A DNA stretch of 64,000 nucleotides from Fonticula alba ATCC 38817 (lineage: Eukaryota > Protista > Nucleariida). The position numbers and the translations under genes are program-made. Below the pieces are notes generated by a model. The model was not told where the DNA came from. It searched no databases and worked only from the letters and a program-made list of their open reading frames with translations. Where the stretch lies: NCBI GenBank assembly GCA_000388065.2, contig KB932208.1. One strand, given 5' to 3'. Shown one piece after another: positions 24,525-37,846 of this stretch; within the stretch, counting starts at the first letter, position 1; every line of letters starts with the position of its first letter.

Positions 24525-27500
24525 TTACACGAGCTCGCCCTCGGCGATGCCGCCACTGCAGGAAAGGCCATCCTGCCACGCAAGCAAATGCCGCCACACC
24601 ATGTCCACCGACCGAGCGCTGCTGATGATGTCACAGTGCCCGGGGGCATTGCCCGGCATGGAGTGCACGATGAGCGGTGCGCTCGGGACGTCGGCGCTGG
24701 CGCCGCCACCGCCGCCACCCGGGGCCGCGGCCATCCCGTCCGAGGCACTCGCCATGGCCATGGTCGGGGAGGCCGCCGCCGGAGCTTGGGAGCAGCCACC
24801 AGCCCGGCCACACGATGCCCGAACCATCTCAGCCTGCCAGTCCGCATGGACCTGGGACACGGGGTACGCCTCGTCCGTGAAGACAAGGCACCGCGAGCGG
24901 GGGTCCAGCATGGCGCTGGATCGACAGTCAGCACACAGGGCCGCCGCGCGAGCAAAGCCAAAGAGACTATCCCGATGGCTGACAAAGTCGTCTGCTTGCC
25001 CAGGCACATGAGGGGAAAGTAGGGGGGGAGGGGAGGGGAGGGGAGGGGGGGAGCGGAGCGGGGGGGGACGGGGACAGGGGCCATGCTCGGCCGGCCAGTG
25101 GATGGCGAAAGAGAAGGACCGGAAGACAGGAGGGCGGCGACAAAGGCAGCCGGCGCCAGGGCTATCGCCCATGCCCCAGAGGGGGAGNNNNNNNNNNNNN
25201 NNNNNNNNNNNNNNNNNNNNNNNNNNNNNNNNNNNNNNNNNNNNNNNNNNNNNNNNNNNNNNNNNNNNNNNNNNNNNNNNNNNNNNNNNNNNNNNNNNNN
25301 NNNNNNNNNNNNNNNNNNNNNNNNNNNNNNNNNNNNNNNNNNNNNNNNNNNNNNNNNNNNNNNNNNNNNNNNNNNNNNNNNNNNNNNNNNNNNNNNNNNN
25401 NNNNNNNNNNNNNNNNNNNNNNNNNNNNNNNNNNNNNNNNNNNNNNNNNNNNNNNNNNNNNNNNNNNNNNNNNNNNNNNNNNNNNNNNNNNNNNNNNNNN
25501 NNNNNNNNNNNNGGGGGGGGGGCGAGGCACATGCACGCACCCTTGGTTGAGCAAACCGAAAAGACCGGCACCGAACGGGAGACGCTGCCACAAGAGGCCG
25601 CCCGCGGCCGCAAGTTGAAAACCTCCTCGGGCGAGGTGCCGGAGTTGAGAGACACAAAGTCCAACAGGACGCCCGTGGGGAAGGTGTCGAAACTGGTGCG
25701 AATGTATGCATCCAGTGCCAGGTCGGCGTCCTGGAGCAGCAGCGAGTCCCGCTGGGCGGCGGTCGGTTGCTCCGGGTCCGGGGCAGCCAACGCCGCGGGC
25801 GCCGGCGGCGAGGGCGTGGTGCCCGCGGTGCCGGCGCCCGGGCCGCCGCCGCCGCCGCCGCCGCCAAGGCGACCCCCGCTGATGGAGCCCTTGGCACAGA
25901 TGTGCTCCGCCAGCCGGGACATGTCGCCCCCATCGAGGGTCGAGTCCACCGGGTACGAGTAGGATGAGGGGAGGTGGTGGCCACCGGGGAAAGACCGGAA
26001 GAGCCGGCCCGCCGGACTGAGGGTCCGTGAGAAGGGGTTTTCCCAGAGGATGAAGCGCTGCCGGGCCAGGGCAGGACCAAAGAGGGATGTCGGCAAAAGC
26101 AGGGACCCCGGCCGGAGGGAGGAGAAGGGCAAGAAGGACACCAGGGACAGGGGCCGCGGGGTGGAGGGGCCGGCGGCGGGGCCGGCGGGGGCCATTCCCG
26201 AGGCAGGTGCCGATGCGGCGCCGGTCGCCTCGCGCCGCGAGCCCGGGGCCAGGGAAGATCGACACTCGGGGCCGGGCGGCGGCCGGCTCACCGCCAACGA
26301 GGAGGAGAGGGAGGGCGAGGGGTGGCGCTGAAACCGGTCGTCCCCCGGCTCGAAGAGGCAGCTCCGAGCGAAGGCCACTCGCAGGACACGCAAAAAGCGA
26401 ATGAGGCAGGTCCACAGGAAGGAGGTGATGTGGGACTTGACTTGGGGATGCTCTCGGTACGAGTAGGACCAGATGCCGGCCATGTGGGCCACCGAGGCGA
26501 CGCGCGCCTCGCGCAGATGAACCTGCGCCAAGGCCAGCCCCCCGCCGAGACTGTGCCCGACCAGATCGACCCCGGCAAAGGGGCAGCGCGCGCGCGAGCA
26601 CGCGCACCGGTCCAAATGGCAGGCCGAGGCGCCGGGCGAGTCGATCGCCGGTGGACAAGGGGAAAGGTCATCCGTGGACACTGGGGCCGTGGTGTCGCCC
26701 ATGCTGCCAGTGCCGGCATCGGCATCGGCCACCGGGGCCGGGGCCCACCGGCGAATGAAGCCAATCGCATCCAGACAGGCAGGCAAATCGGCGCGAATAT
26801 ACTCGCCAATGCGATCCGGAGTGCGCATGGCATTCAGAGGATCCGTGGCAGGGGTCGCCGGCGGCCGGGGCCTGGCCGCAGGGGAGCCCGCTGGCAGCAG
26901 GGGATCGGTGTCGCTGGCGGCGCCGGCGCCGGGCAAGTCGCCGGGGGGGTCGTCCGCCGCCTGAAGGCCGAGCTGCTTGGCCGCCAGGGCCACGGGAGCG
27001 GCAAGGGATGGCGAGCGACAGCGCCGGAGACCCTGGCACTGGCTGCCGGCCACAGGGCCGGCAGTGGGCCCCGCCGCCCCGGGGCGCAGCTGCCGACTGA
27101 CCTGGCTCAAAACCGACGCTCGGCCGGACTCGGCCGTTCCACGCAGGGACACGGCATAGACATCCCGCCCGGCGGCGGCCAGCATGTTGAACGGGGAGAA
27201 GGGGAATTCCCAGCCGGCCTGGTGTTCGAGGCCAAGCTCGAGGGTCGGGCCGGTGGGAGAGCCCTCGCCGGCGAAGGGGCATCGGCTCACGTGCGAAGCA
27301 TAGCAGGCGCCGGGCCCCTCGCGGCGGAAGGTGGCCCACGATAGCGGAGCAAAGGGATTGGCCACCGTCGAGAAGCAGGAGCAAGCCGGCGAGTGCCAGG
27401 CGAAGCGATTCTGAGCAAACCCATGTACCAGCAGCACCGGTGACCCGGCCTTGGCCGAGGTCCAGGCCAGGGGGTTGCCTGTGTGCAAGAAGCGCCGCTC

Positions 27501-28585
27501 GAGGATGACGCTGCCGCCTCCCAGGGCATCGGCGATGTCCAGCTGGTAGAGCTACCCGGCGGGGGAGGCGAGAAGGACAGTCAGTGGCAGGGCATCGGCC
27601 GGAGGAAGCAGGAGGCAGCAATGCGACAGGGGCCCCTACCTGTTCGCAGAGGACCACCGAAATGGGCTCGCCGTGGGGGAGGAGCAGGGAGTGCACCGAC
27701 TCGGTGACCAGGCGAGAGGAACACAGTTGGATTTGAACAACCGGCAGTGAGCTGGGTCGATGGAGAGACACGAAGCGCCATGCCAAGGCAACGGGGACAC
27801 AGGTCAGGGAACAGGCAACGGGGGGGGGGGGGGGGGGGGGCATCAGGCGAGGGACAATCTTTTGCTCGCGGACATGGCACGCACAAGTCCGCCAGCGGGC
27901 GGGGCACTCCAGGAGGAGGGAGGGCCTCATCGTCCGCGGCCGAGGCACAGCGACAGCCCGAGCCGGGGGACACCCCGGCAGCATGGCGGCCGATGCACAG
28001 GGGGATGGCCTGCGGCGCGGGGCTGGCCTCGGTCGGTGAAGGGGCCGCGGTCAGGGCGCCGGGGGATTCCCCCTCGGGCCCGGCGATCTGCCGACCGGGT
28101 GAGGAGGACGACTTGTCGTCGCCGATGAGCAACAGCCCCGGGGTCGGCTGGCCGGAGAGGATGAGCCCCAGGCAGAGGCGGAATTGGAGGGTGGTCCACC
28201 AGAGAAGCCCCGGGGCCAGGAAGAAGATTTGCACCATCAGGAAGCCGGCATCCACCAGGGTCAGCGCCATGCGCAGGAGAAAGCCGAGGAGGCGCTTGAG
28301 AGGCCCCTCCGGGGGGGAGGCAGCGACGCCGGACCCTTCGGCCGGAGCCAGGGCCGGCAGCAGGAAGGACCCGCCCCGGGCGGATCCCGCTGACGAGGAG
28401 GCCCGCCGGCGGATGATCGCAATTTGGGAAAGGGAGGGCCACCATGCCGAGGAGCCAGTCATCCCGGGCAGGAGGGACGTTGCGCTCTCGTGGCCGGGGG
28501 TCGGAGGGGGCGGCGAGGGGTGTTCCGCCGGGCCGAGCGATGCGCCGGCCGCAACAAGGAGCGGCGGCAGGGGGAGAGTGGCCAT
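24525..28585 (-). CDS. Alpha/beta-fold hydrolase with an N-terminal hydrophobic segment (at least 4 exons; a gap lies inside an intron)
   Basis: PVLLVHGFAQNRFAWH (oxyanion region), DVYAVSLRG, VDLVGHSLGG (nucleophile Ser), STKDDFV after splicing (Asp) and GHCDII (His). Confidence 0.85.
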
Positions 28586-28819
28586 TGCGGCCAAGCAGCG
28601 AGAGGCCGACGCAGACCGGCGGGCGAGAGAGAGAGAGAGAGAGAGGGGGGGAGAGAGAGAAAGGGGAAGAAGGAGGGCGGAGCACGCGGAGGGCACTCGG
28701 CGATGAGACAGCGGATCGGCGGGGGATGGAATTCGAGATGCGCGGCCAGACGGGCAAGGTAGAGCCCTTCCCCGGGCTCTCTTATGTCCCGGCAGCAAGC
28801 GGGGCCAGGGTGGGCACGG

Positions 28820-28864
28820 GGATGCGGCGGATGCGGCGGATGCGGCGGATGCGGCGGATGCGGC
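28820..28864. repeat. Perfect tandem repeat (GGATGCGGC)x5 upstream of the hydrolase start
   Basis: Read directly. Confidence 0.9.
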
Positions 28865-31800
28865 GAGTGCGGGGCCCGGGGTGTGGGCAGGAGGGAGGGG
28901 AGGGGGGGAGGAGGAGGAACAGCAGAGAGACGGCGATACACCGCGGCCCGAAAGGCCGGAGGGGGGCTAGATCCGTCTGGCCGAAAAGTGCCCCTCGGTG
29001 CCCGCGCCCCCGCCGGACTCCGATCATGACCAAGCCACAGAAGACCGGAGGGGGGTGGCACCAGGCGGAGGCCCCCCCCCCCCCCCCGGACTTTGGCCCC
29101 TGGTGCCAGCTGATCGTATGCCATTGTCTTGAAACAGCACCCCCGGAGGCCGGCCTGTGGGCTGAGATCCGGCAACCAGTCCTTGCGAGACGCGCGCGCG
29201 CGCGCATACACACACGCACACGCACGGAGATCTACCAAACGTCCGGCCCGGCAGCAGGGGGGGATGCCTTCCTCCCGCGCGGGATGAGACCACACGCGTG
29301 CGCGTGTAGGCCGGCTCACATGCGCGCCCTCGTATGCTGGTGGCATGTCCATGGCGGCCAGGGCGGGGCCCAAATTACGCCGGCACATTTATTCATGCTT
29401 GCTGGGTCTTTCTCTGGGTGCCCTCGGTGGTGGCGGTGACGGCGGCCGGATGGAGGGCCGGGCCGGGCCGGGCCGGGCCGGGCCGGGCAAGCGGACGGGA
29501 CAGCCGCCCTTTCCCAGGGCCGCGGATGCCTATTCGCCGAGACCTTGTGCTGCCAAAATTGCAGGGGCGCTCCCCGAGTCCGCCCCAGGCCGGCGTGGGC
29601 ATGGACAGGGGGAAAGGACGCGCCCGACCGGGCGGCCTCACGCAGGCGCCTGCGCGTGGACGCCCGCATGTGCGCCGGCGGCCACACATGCGCCTGCTTG
29701 TCCACGCCGGCGCGCATGTCCCGGTAGACAGTTCGAGGGAGGGCCTTTCCGCTGAACTCGACGTGGGAAAGGAATTTCCCGTCCCGGTGCAGGCTCTTTC
29801 GGGCTAAGGCACGGCCCAGCTCCCGGAGCGGCGGCCCTTCTCCGAAGGCGACATATGGGGCCCATGAAGAGAGCGGGCAGGTTAGTGGTTTGGCCGCGTA
29901 AGCAAGCGGCATGTGGGCCCCCCCCCCCCCTCTTTCCCCCCCCCCCCCCCCTCGCGGTGGCTTTCCTCCCCATCCGCCGGGGGTGCCCTCCGTGTTGCCC
30001 TTGACAAGCCTACCGACCAATGGTGCTCCGCATTTGGGGCCTGGGGCCGAGAAATGGCCTGCGCACGGGGGCCAAATGCACGCGAATCATCAGGGCGCGC
30101 ACATTCACTCGCATGCGCCGGCCGGCTGGAAGGGGGGGGGGGGGGGGGGGCGTATGCCGGCGTGCCCCTAGGGGGCTTTTTCCTGGTGCCAGCCGGTCGG
30201 CCAGAAGGGCGGGGTCGACGACTACAACAACAACAACAAAGAGACCACACACCATTGCGGCCTTGGAGAATGGTGAGGCCCCGGCGTGGGTGTTGATTTC
30301 CGGGCGCCCCGTGGCCCTGGAGGGGCGGGGGGGGGCGAGGGGGCAGCGGCCGAAGACACTGGTGCTCGGGCCACCCGAGGCCGGCAGGACTGCCATGGCG
30401 CGCCCGGGCTGCATCCGCTTTGTCCAGCTTCTCCGCGAAGGAAGGGGCCGCAGGGGGGGGGAGCCCTTTGGTGGGGTCAGTTTCGGGCGCGGCCAGGCCC
30501 TTGTGCCCTTGGCAGCGACATTTCCAACGGCACCCTTGGGGAGGTGCGAACATGCGCCGGCTGGTCGGGCGGAGGACAGCGGGCCCCCGGGGGGCCGGGG
30601 ACGCGCACGCGCGCGCGCGCCATGACAAGACGCGCCCCGGGCGCGGCTTCCTCCAGGCGGACTAGCATTGGGGAATTCCAGGGCACACTCTACTTCTTCG
30701 GGTCCCCACCGCCGGCCGGGGATCCCTCTCCCGAGCAGGCAAGGAACACGGTCGCCCGGGCCGCCTGTCCCCGGGGTGCTCTCAAACATGGTCCCCTCCC
30801 TGGGTGCACGCGTCTTTGCGCGCACAACAAATGCAAGCCCGACTGCTGGTCGTCCGAATGCTGTGGCCACCGGCCGGGCGGGGCCTGCGACTCCGGGGCT
30901 GACAGGACCGAGCAAAGGCGGGAAATGCATTTGGCAGATGGGCTCCGGGGAAGGGGGGCGAGTCGGAGACAGAGACGGATTCTGCCGAGGGATATCCCGG
31001 CTACCAGGAGCCGAATTGGTGGGCCCAGCGCCCGGGAAGGACAACTGGCTGGTCGGTGTCGCCGAGACGCGCCCTTTCTCCAGGGACCGAGCTAGTCGGT
31101 GCGTGAGTCGGCCACTGAGTGAGCGGTGGGGCGCTTGGGCATGCGTGTGTGTGTGTGTATGTGTGTGTGCGCGCGTGCGCGCGAGTGGGACAGGCCCCCG
31201 GGCCTGGGCGCTTGCCCATCCTCCCCGGACCTACCCCCCCCCCCCCCGAGGGGTGAGGCGGCCGCCGCCCCGGCCCCCTCGCCTCCCTGGCTGGGCGCCC
31301 TCGGGCACATGCGAGCGCCTGCCGGCTCGCCTGTGGATGACCGAATGCCGGCGGTTACCAGCCCGGATCTTGCGCCCAGCAGGCCGAAGCTCCGGACAAC
31401 TGCCGGCCGCGGGGCAAGGGCGAGGGGCCGGGAGGGGGTGACAACGACACATCGCGAGGAGCGGCAGGGGCGCGGGCCGGCCCGGGGGCGGGCNNNNNNN
31501 NNNNNNNNNNNNNNNNNNNNNNNNNNNNNNNNNNNNNNNNNNNNNNNNNNNNNNNNNNNNNNNNNNNNNNNNNNNNNNNNNNCGGTTGTGTCTCACGCGC
31601 CTCTCAGGCGGGGCTCTCGCGCCCAAAGAAGGAGGCTCTTGAGGGGCGTTCAACTCCCACGCGCAATGGCCTAGCACACCCGCCATGGACCGCGGTCGCG
31701 ATCCTGCCACCGCCCGGGGCCTCCCCGTGTGTTGGATGGGCGGTGGCGGACCGGGCGGCTGGCTGTGCCGCCCTAGACTCTATTAAGCCCGGCTCGGCGC

Positions 31801-33926
31801 ATGAAGGGGGACGCAGACCGGGGGGGGGGGGGGGGGGGGGTGGCTGGCCAACCGGCCGGGCAGTTCGGCCGGGGTCCACCCGGAGAGGGGTGCCGGCGCG
31901 GCACGAGGGGGGCGGGCAGTGTTGTTTTTTGCCCAGCACCCCGGCGAAAGGTTTCAGCCAAGGGCGGCCCGGCCCCCATGCAGGACGGAAAAAAGCCCCG
32001 CAGAACCGCCAGTCCTCCTCAACCTCCGGCCGTTTCACGCTCGAGGAGGCCGGCGAGCCGGCAGGGCCTACCGAGGCATCCAGCCAACTTGGTGCGCTGG
32101 CAAAAGTGCCTAGGCCCGCTCTTGGGCAAGGGCCGAAGGGGGGAGGGGGGGTGGAGGGGCGGGGGCCGACTGCGGCCCGGTCCAGCCATTTAATAGGCGC
32201 CCCGTGTGGGAAGTCGGCCCAACACGCGCCCCATGTCAGGGCCCCCCCCCGCAAGCATGCCCGGCGGACATGCACGCGCCCGTGCCCTGCGCCGAAAAAG
32301 CGCGAGGGACACAGGGCAGACAGGACGGCGCTGCTGCGCCCGCCCCCCCCCCCTCGGCGCCGCGCGCCTCTCTGCACCCCCGCGTCGAGGTGAAAAGCCC
32401 GGCGCCAACACCCGGTTGTGCTCTCCTCTGTCCTTTTCCCCTTTGCTGGGCCCCCCCCCCGGCAGCCGCTGCTTCCCTTGCCCTCTCCCGGCCGCGCGGT
32501 GGATGTGTCAGCCCCGTGTGTTTTCCCGACCCGGAGTCCCCCCGAGGCCGCCCCCGGCAGACCGCCCCCTGAGAGCACACGCCCGAGACGGGGCCGCTCG
32601 AACGGGCGGGGCACGAAAATGAACATCACACGCCCCCGCCGGGCAGGTGTGATCCCGCGCGGAGCACCGGGGGCCAGGTCACGCGCGACCAAAACGATGC
32701 CACCAAATCCGCGGCGCCCGGACGAGGAGGAGCAGGACGAGGCCCAACGGCCGCCCAGCCCCCAATCGGAAAAAAATGTGGAGGGCATGTTCTCCGGGGG
32801 TGGACGCGTCCCCCCCCCNNNNNNNNNNNNNNNNNNNNNNNNNNNNNNNNNNNNNNNNNNNNNNNNNNNNNNNNNNNNNNNNNNNNNNNNNNNNNNNNNN
32901 NNNNNNNNNNNNNNNNNNNNNNNNNNNNNNNNNNNNNNNNNNNNNNNNNNCCCCCCCGAGCTGAACCGCCCTAATCTCGGGCCTTCTCCTGGGCTCTCTT
33001 CTCCTGGGCGCCTGCGCTTTTCCCCCCCTTCCCCGTGCATGTGCCCCGCCCCGGCGGCCGGGACGGAGGGGGGGGGGGAGAAGCCACGGCAGGGTGGCAC
33101 CGTGCTGATTGCCAAGTCCGTGGGCATGTGCCTGGGAGGAGGCCCGGGCGATCGGCCGCTCATGCAGGCTCCCCCGCGCCCGGCTAGGAGGATGTAGTCA
33201 TGCACAGCGGGAGCGGCCCCAGACTCCGCGAGCCAGAGCTCTCTCGGCGGGGGTGGAGGGGGGGGGGGGCGAGTGCCAGACATTTGCCCGCACTCGCTCC
33301 CACCTTCCAGCGTCCCTGGATGGACAACGCCCCCCCCCCCCCGCACAGGAACGCCCCGCGCCCGCGCCCCCTCGAGCTCCGAACGAGCCGCCTGGTCAGG
33401 AGGGCGGGCCCAGAGCAGCCCAGGATATGCCACTCTTGGTCAAGGCTGACGGCGGTGGCGACCGTGTCACGCGCCCCTCTCGCAGCCCGCCGCCTCGCCC
33501 CGGGGCCCCCCCAGAGGAGCCGACACAGAGGCGCATGTGAGCCCGGGGGGGATAGCGGGGAGGGCGCGCGGGCAGACGGCCAGCACGCGCCGTGACCGGA
33601 TCAGTGTGCGAGGGGACCGCGCGTCTATTGTTTTCATTTGCCGCGCCTGACTTGAGGCCCCGCCGGGGAGACCCCCACAGGCGCAGACACTCGCTCATGC
33701 GTGTTCTCCCCCGGGCGGGGGGAAGAAGGGTCTCGGGGTGTAGGCTCTTTTTGGCTGCCCCCGCGCCCCTGGCCACTTTCTGCAGACACACCGCCCCCTC
33801 CCCCCCCCCCTCGGCGCCCCGCTCCTCCCTGCTCTGTTCCCGCCCCCCCCCCTCTCCCCTCCCTGTGTATCAACCTCCCTGTTCGCCTGTCGCGCTCCCC
33901 TCCCCCCTTCGAGCGCCAAGAGCACA

Positions 33927-36900
33927 ATGCGGCAGCCTCGTAACCTCCCGGCCGCTCTGATGCTGCTGGCCCTGATCGCGGTCCTGGGCCTGGCTATGGG
34001 TGCCATGGGCCTGCCGGTCTCGGCGGCCGATGCCCCCGAGCCGTCGAAGGTGCATCCGATGCTGTGTCTGGCGTCCCCCTCTTCCGACACCACTCACGCC
34101 ACGCACACCCCTGGCCTGTGTGTGTGTATGTCTTCCTTATTCCCAGGATCACTCGTTCCCCTAACCCCCTCGTCCCTCCCCCCCCCTCCTGCTACTCGCG
34201 CCAATGCGCACAGCTCTGCTACTTCGAGGACCCCAACACCAAGGACATCTACGACCTGCGCCCCCTGCAGCGCACCAGTGCCCCAAACTACAAGGACTTC
34301 TCCCTGGACCCCAACCGGGAGTTCCTCTATGTGCTGAATCTTTGCGCGCCCGTGGTCGCGGAGACCTTCGAGTCGGCCTACGGCCCGACCAAGTGCCCGC
34401 CGGGCGGCGTGCACGCCTGCCAGATTGACATGCTCAATGACATGGAGGATGAGGTCTACAGCCTCGGAACCCTCTCCGAGGTGAACATCCTCGCCCCCGG
34501 GCAGCTGGACATTGTTTTCACCGGCGGCGATATGTGCCGCCGCAGCAACATCCCCCGGAGCATTTCCATCCTGGCCGCGTGTGATGAGAGTGCGGATGAC
34601 ACCTCGCCGCAGTTCGTCGGCGAGTTTGCCGTGCGTCGCCCCCACCCCCTCCCCCGCCTCTTGCCTGTCTCTTTGCTCGGCCCTCCCCATCATCGGCGGC
34701 AGTGTGCCACGACACATCTTCCCACGTCCATTGCCCCTGTCTGTGGTCTTCTCCCCCCCCCCCCCCCCCCCCCTCCCTCTCTGTCCGCTTTTTGGCCCCA
34801 AAAGAAAGCGCGCTAATGCCCCCACTCCTGCCCTTGTCGCCTCCCCCCTCCCGCCTTCGTCCGCTGGCACGCACATCCCAACCGCCAGTGTACCTATTCC
34901 TTCATTTGGGTCACCAAGCATGCCTGCCCGATTGTCACCCCCAAGCCCACGACCCCGATCCCGAACCCGGAGAACTGCTTCATCGAGGATCCCGAGCACA
35001 ACATCCGCTACGACTTCACGGCTCTCTCCCTGCCCCCGGGCCAGCACTATGCCATCAACCTGCCCAAGACCATCACCGGCGAGGACTCGCGCCTGCTGCT
35101 GAACATTTGCGGCAATGTCGAGCACCCCAGCCTCCCGGATGGCACCTCCAATGCCGGTGTCATCCACGTGTCCGGCCAGAGCGACCCCGCGTCGGCTCGT
35201 CTGCACGCGGTCACCGGCCGCACCTCCCCCTCGAACATCGTCATCAACAACTCCGGCCAGAGTCTCTCCTACACCTTTGCCAATGGTGGCGATTGCCAGA
35301 ACTCCGACGGCAAGACCGTCCCCTTCACCACGACCATCCTCTTCACTTGCAATGCCTCGCTCTCCGGACGCCTTGGCACGCCGGTCTTCATGAAGCACAG
35401 CGACAAGTGCTCCTTCCTGCTGGCCTGGAACAGCCCCGTTGCCTGTGGGCAGATGATTGAGCAGACGTGCGTCATGTGTTCGCTCGCCTCCGTGCTGCGC
35501 TTCTGTGTGTATGCGCGCGCGCGTGTGTGTGTGTGTGTGTGTGTGTCTCACCCTCCTGCCATCCTCTCCCCCCCCCCCTCCCCTCCCTTCCCCTGCCCAA
35601 CCCTCCTCAACCCCCCTCGCCGTGGGAAAAATAGCTGCAATGTCAATGACGGCACCAACAAGGTCGATCTCTCGGCTTTGACTCTGCCCTCGGACGCCAA
35701 GACCAACTATGCCCGTTCGTTCCCATAACCGCCCATCTCCCCCTGGCTGCCTCCTCTGCGCCGCCCTCCTATGCTCTCTGGTCCTGTCGCCGCAGATGCA
35801 CTGACACCCATTTGCGCCGTCTCTCCCTCCGCCGCCCTGCTGTAGCTCTGGTCCTGGCCGAGAACAACAAGCCCAACCACGAGTACCTGATGAATGTTTG
35901 CGATGACCTGGTCCCCGCGCAGAACCCCTGCCGTGAGGGTGTCTCCATCTGCATGATCGACAAGTCCTCTCCCGGTCAGGCTGGCCTCTCGCTCGGCAAC
36001 AGTGGCACCCTGAAGAGTCCGTTTCCCCTCTGGCCCTTTTCGCTGCCCTGCTTCTGCATCCCCAACATCCCTCCCTCTTTTCTTTGCCCCCTTCCCGCGC
36101 TCCCCAACGCCTCCTCTCCTTCGCCACCCTACCATGCCCATGGCCCAAAACTCACCCCACCACCACCACCACCACCCCCTTCCGCTTTTTGGACGCCACA
36201 CCCTGCAGCCCAAGATGGCAACACGGTCATGCGCTTCTCCGATGGCGATGCCTGCCCGGGCTCGAGCCACACCAACCCCAACGGCGCCTTGCGCATTTCC
36301 TCCGATGTGCATTACCTGTGCGACCCGACCGCCGGCGTCGGTATCCCCCGTTTGATGTCCATTCGCGAGGAGCAGTGCCACTACCTGTTCACTTGGAAGA
36401 CCGCGGCCGCCTGCGAGAAGGCGATCATTCCTCCCCCGGTGCGCTTTCTCCGTCCACCATCGAACTAGGCCCCGCTCCTCTCCCTCCCGCGCCCCGCCTG
36501 GCCCATGTGTAACTCACGCTCGATGTCCCCTGCCCCTTGCGGGTGCTGCTTCTCCCACCCAATAGGCCTCCGGCGGTCTTTCGGGCGGCGTCATCGCCAT
36601 CATTGTCATGCTGTCCCTTGTGTCGGTCTATGTCATCGGTGGCATCGTGTACAACCGCTTCTTCATGAACAAGAGCGGCCTCGAGCAGATCCCCCACTGG
36701 GAGTATCTGGAGGCTGGCTACTACTCGGCCAAGCACATTTTCGTGCGTCTCCCCACCTGCCTGCCCTCCGGGTCTGCCTCATCGCCCTGCTTCGCTAACA
36801 CCCTCCCCCATGCATGGCCTGTGTCGATCGCCGGGCAAACAAAAAATACCGCCATCCCCAGACCGGCAACCGGGCCCCGAGCGGTTCGATCCAGATCTAA
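33927..36900 (+). CDS. Type I membrane P-type lectin / mannose-6-phosphate receptor homologue with three MRH domains
   Basis: A signal peptide precedes three Cys-patterned MRH repeats (YDLRPL..LNLC..CTYSFIWVTKHAC; YDFTAL..LNIC..CSFLLAWNSPVAC; VDLSAL..MNVC..CHYLFTWKTAAAC). A TM helix and an MPR-type tail YNRFFMNKSGLEQIPHW follow. The last exon ends TGNRAPSGSIQI* at 36900. Confidence 0.9.
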
Positions 36901-37727
36901 TGTGCTCGCGGATGATGATGCACACATCGCCCGGCTGGCATTCGGGAAGCACACTCACATCCATTTCTCCCTGACATTGCGCATCCGCCCGGCCACCGTG
37001 TCCCCCCCTTTGCCTCTTGTACATTTGCCATCTTTCAAACATCCCCCGCCGCGCCGGGCGCAGGTGCGCGCGCGCGCCTTGAGCATCCCTCCTCCCTCCC
37101 GAAGAATATAGCCATCTACTCAAGAAAAACAAATGGACGCACGACGTGCGTGCGCGTGTCAAGATGCGTCCCCACGTCTCGAGGCGCGCTTCTGGGCGTG
37201 TTCCCCTGCAAGTACTACCCGGCTGTTGGCAAGGAGGAAGATCTATTGGAGGAGGGGGAATGTTTGCTCTGTTGATAACAAGGGGAGGTGAGGGGTGAGA
37301 ACAGAGAGAGAGAGAGAGAGAGAGGAAGGGACCATCAACACCAGGTGACTCGTCTAGACATGAATTACACTGGCAGGGGCANNNNNNNNNNNNNNNNNNN
37401 NNNNNNNNNNNNNNNNNNNNNNNNNNNNNNNNNNNNNNNNNNNNNNNNNNNNNNNNNNNNNNNNNNNNNNNNNNNNNNNNNNNNNNNNNNNNNNNNNNNN
37501 NNNNNNNNNNNNNNNNNNNNNNNNNNNNNNNNNNNNNNNNNNNNNNNNNNNNNNNNNNNNNNNNNNNNNNNNNNNNNNNNNNNNNNNNNNNNNNNNNNNN
37601 NNNNNNNNNNNNNNNNNNNNNNNNNNNNNNNNNNNNNNNNNNNNNNNNNNNNNNNNNNNNNNNNNNNNNNNNNNNNNNNNNNNNNNNNNNNNNNNNNNNN
37701 NNNNNNNNNNNNNNNNNNNNNNNNNNG

Positions 37728-37815
37728 CTCATCCCGGAACGGGAGGGGGGGGATGGGGGGGAGGGGGGGGAGGGGGCGACAAATGGTGTCGTTGTTGCCG
37801 TCGACGTTGTCGTTG

Positions 37816-37846
<31 letters not shown>

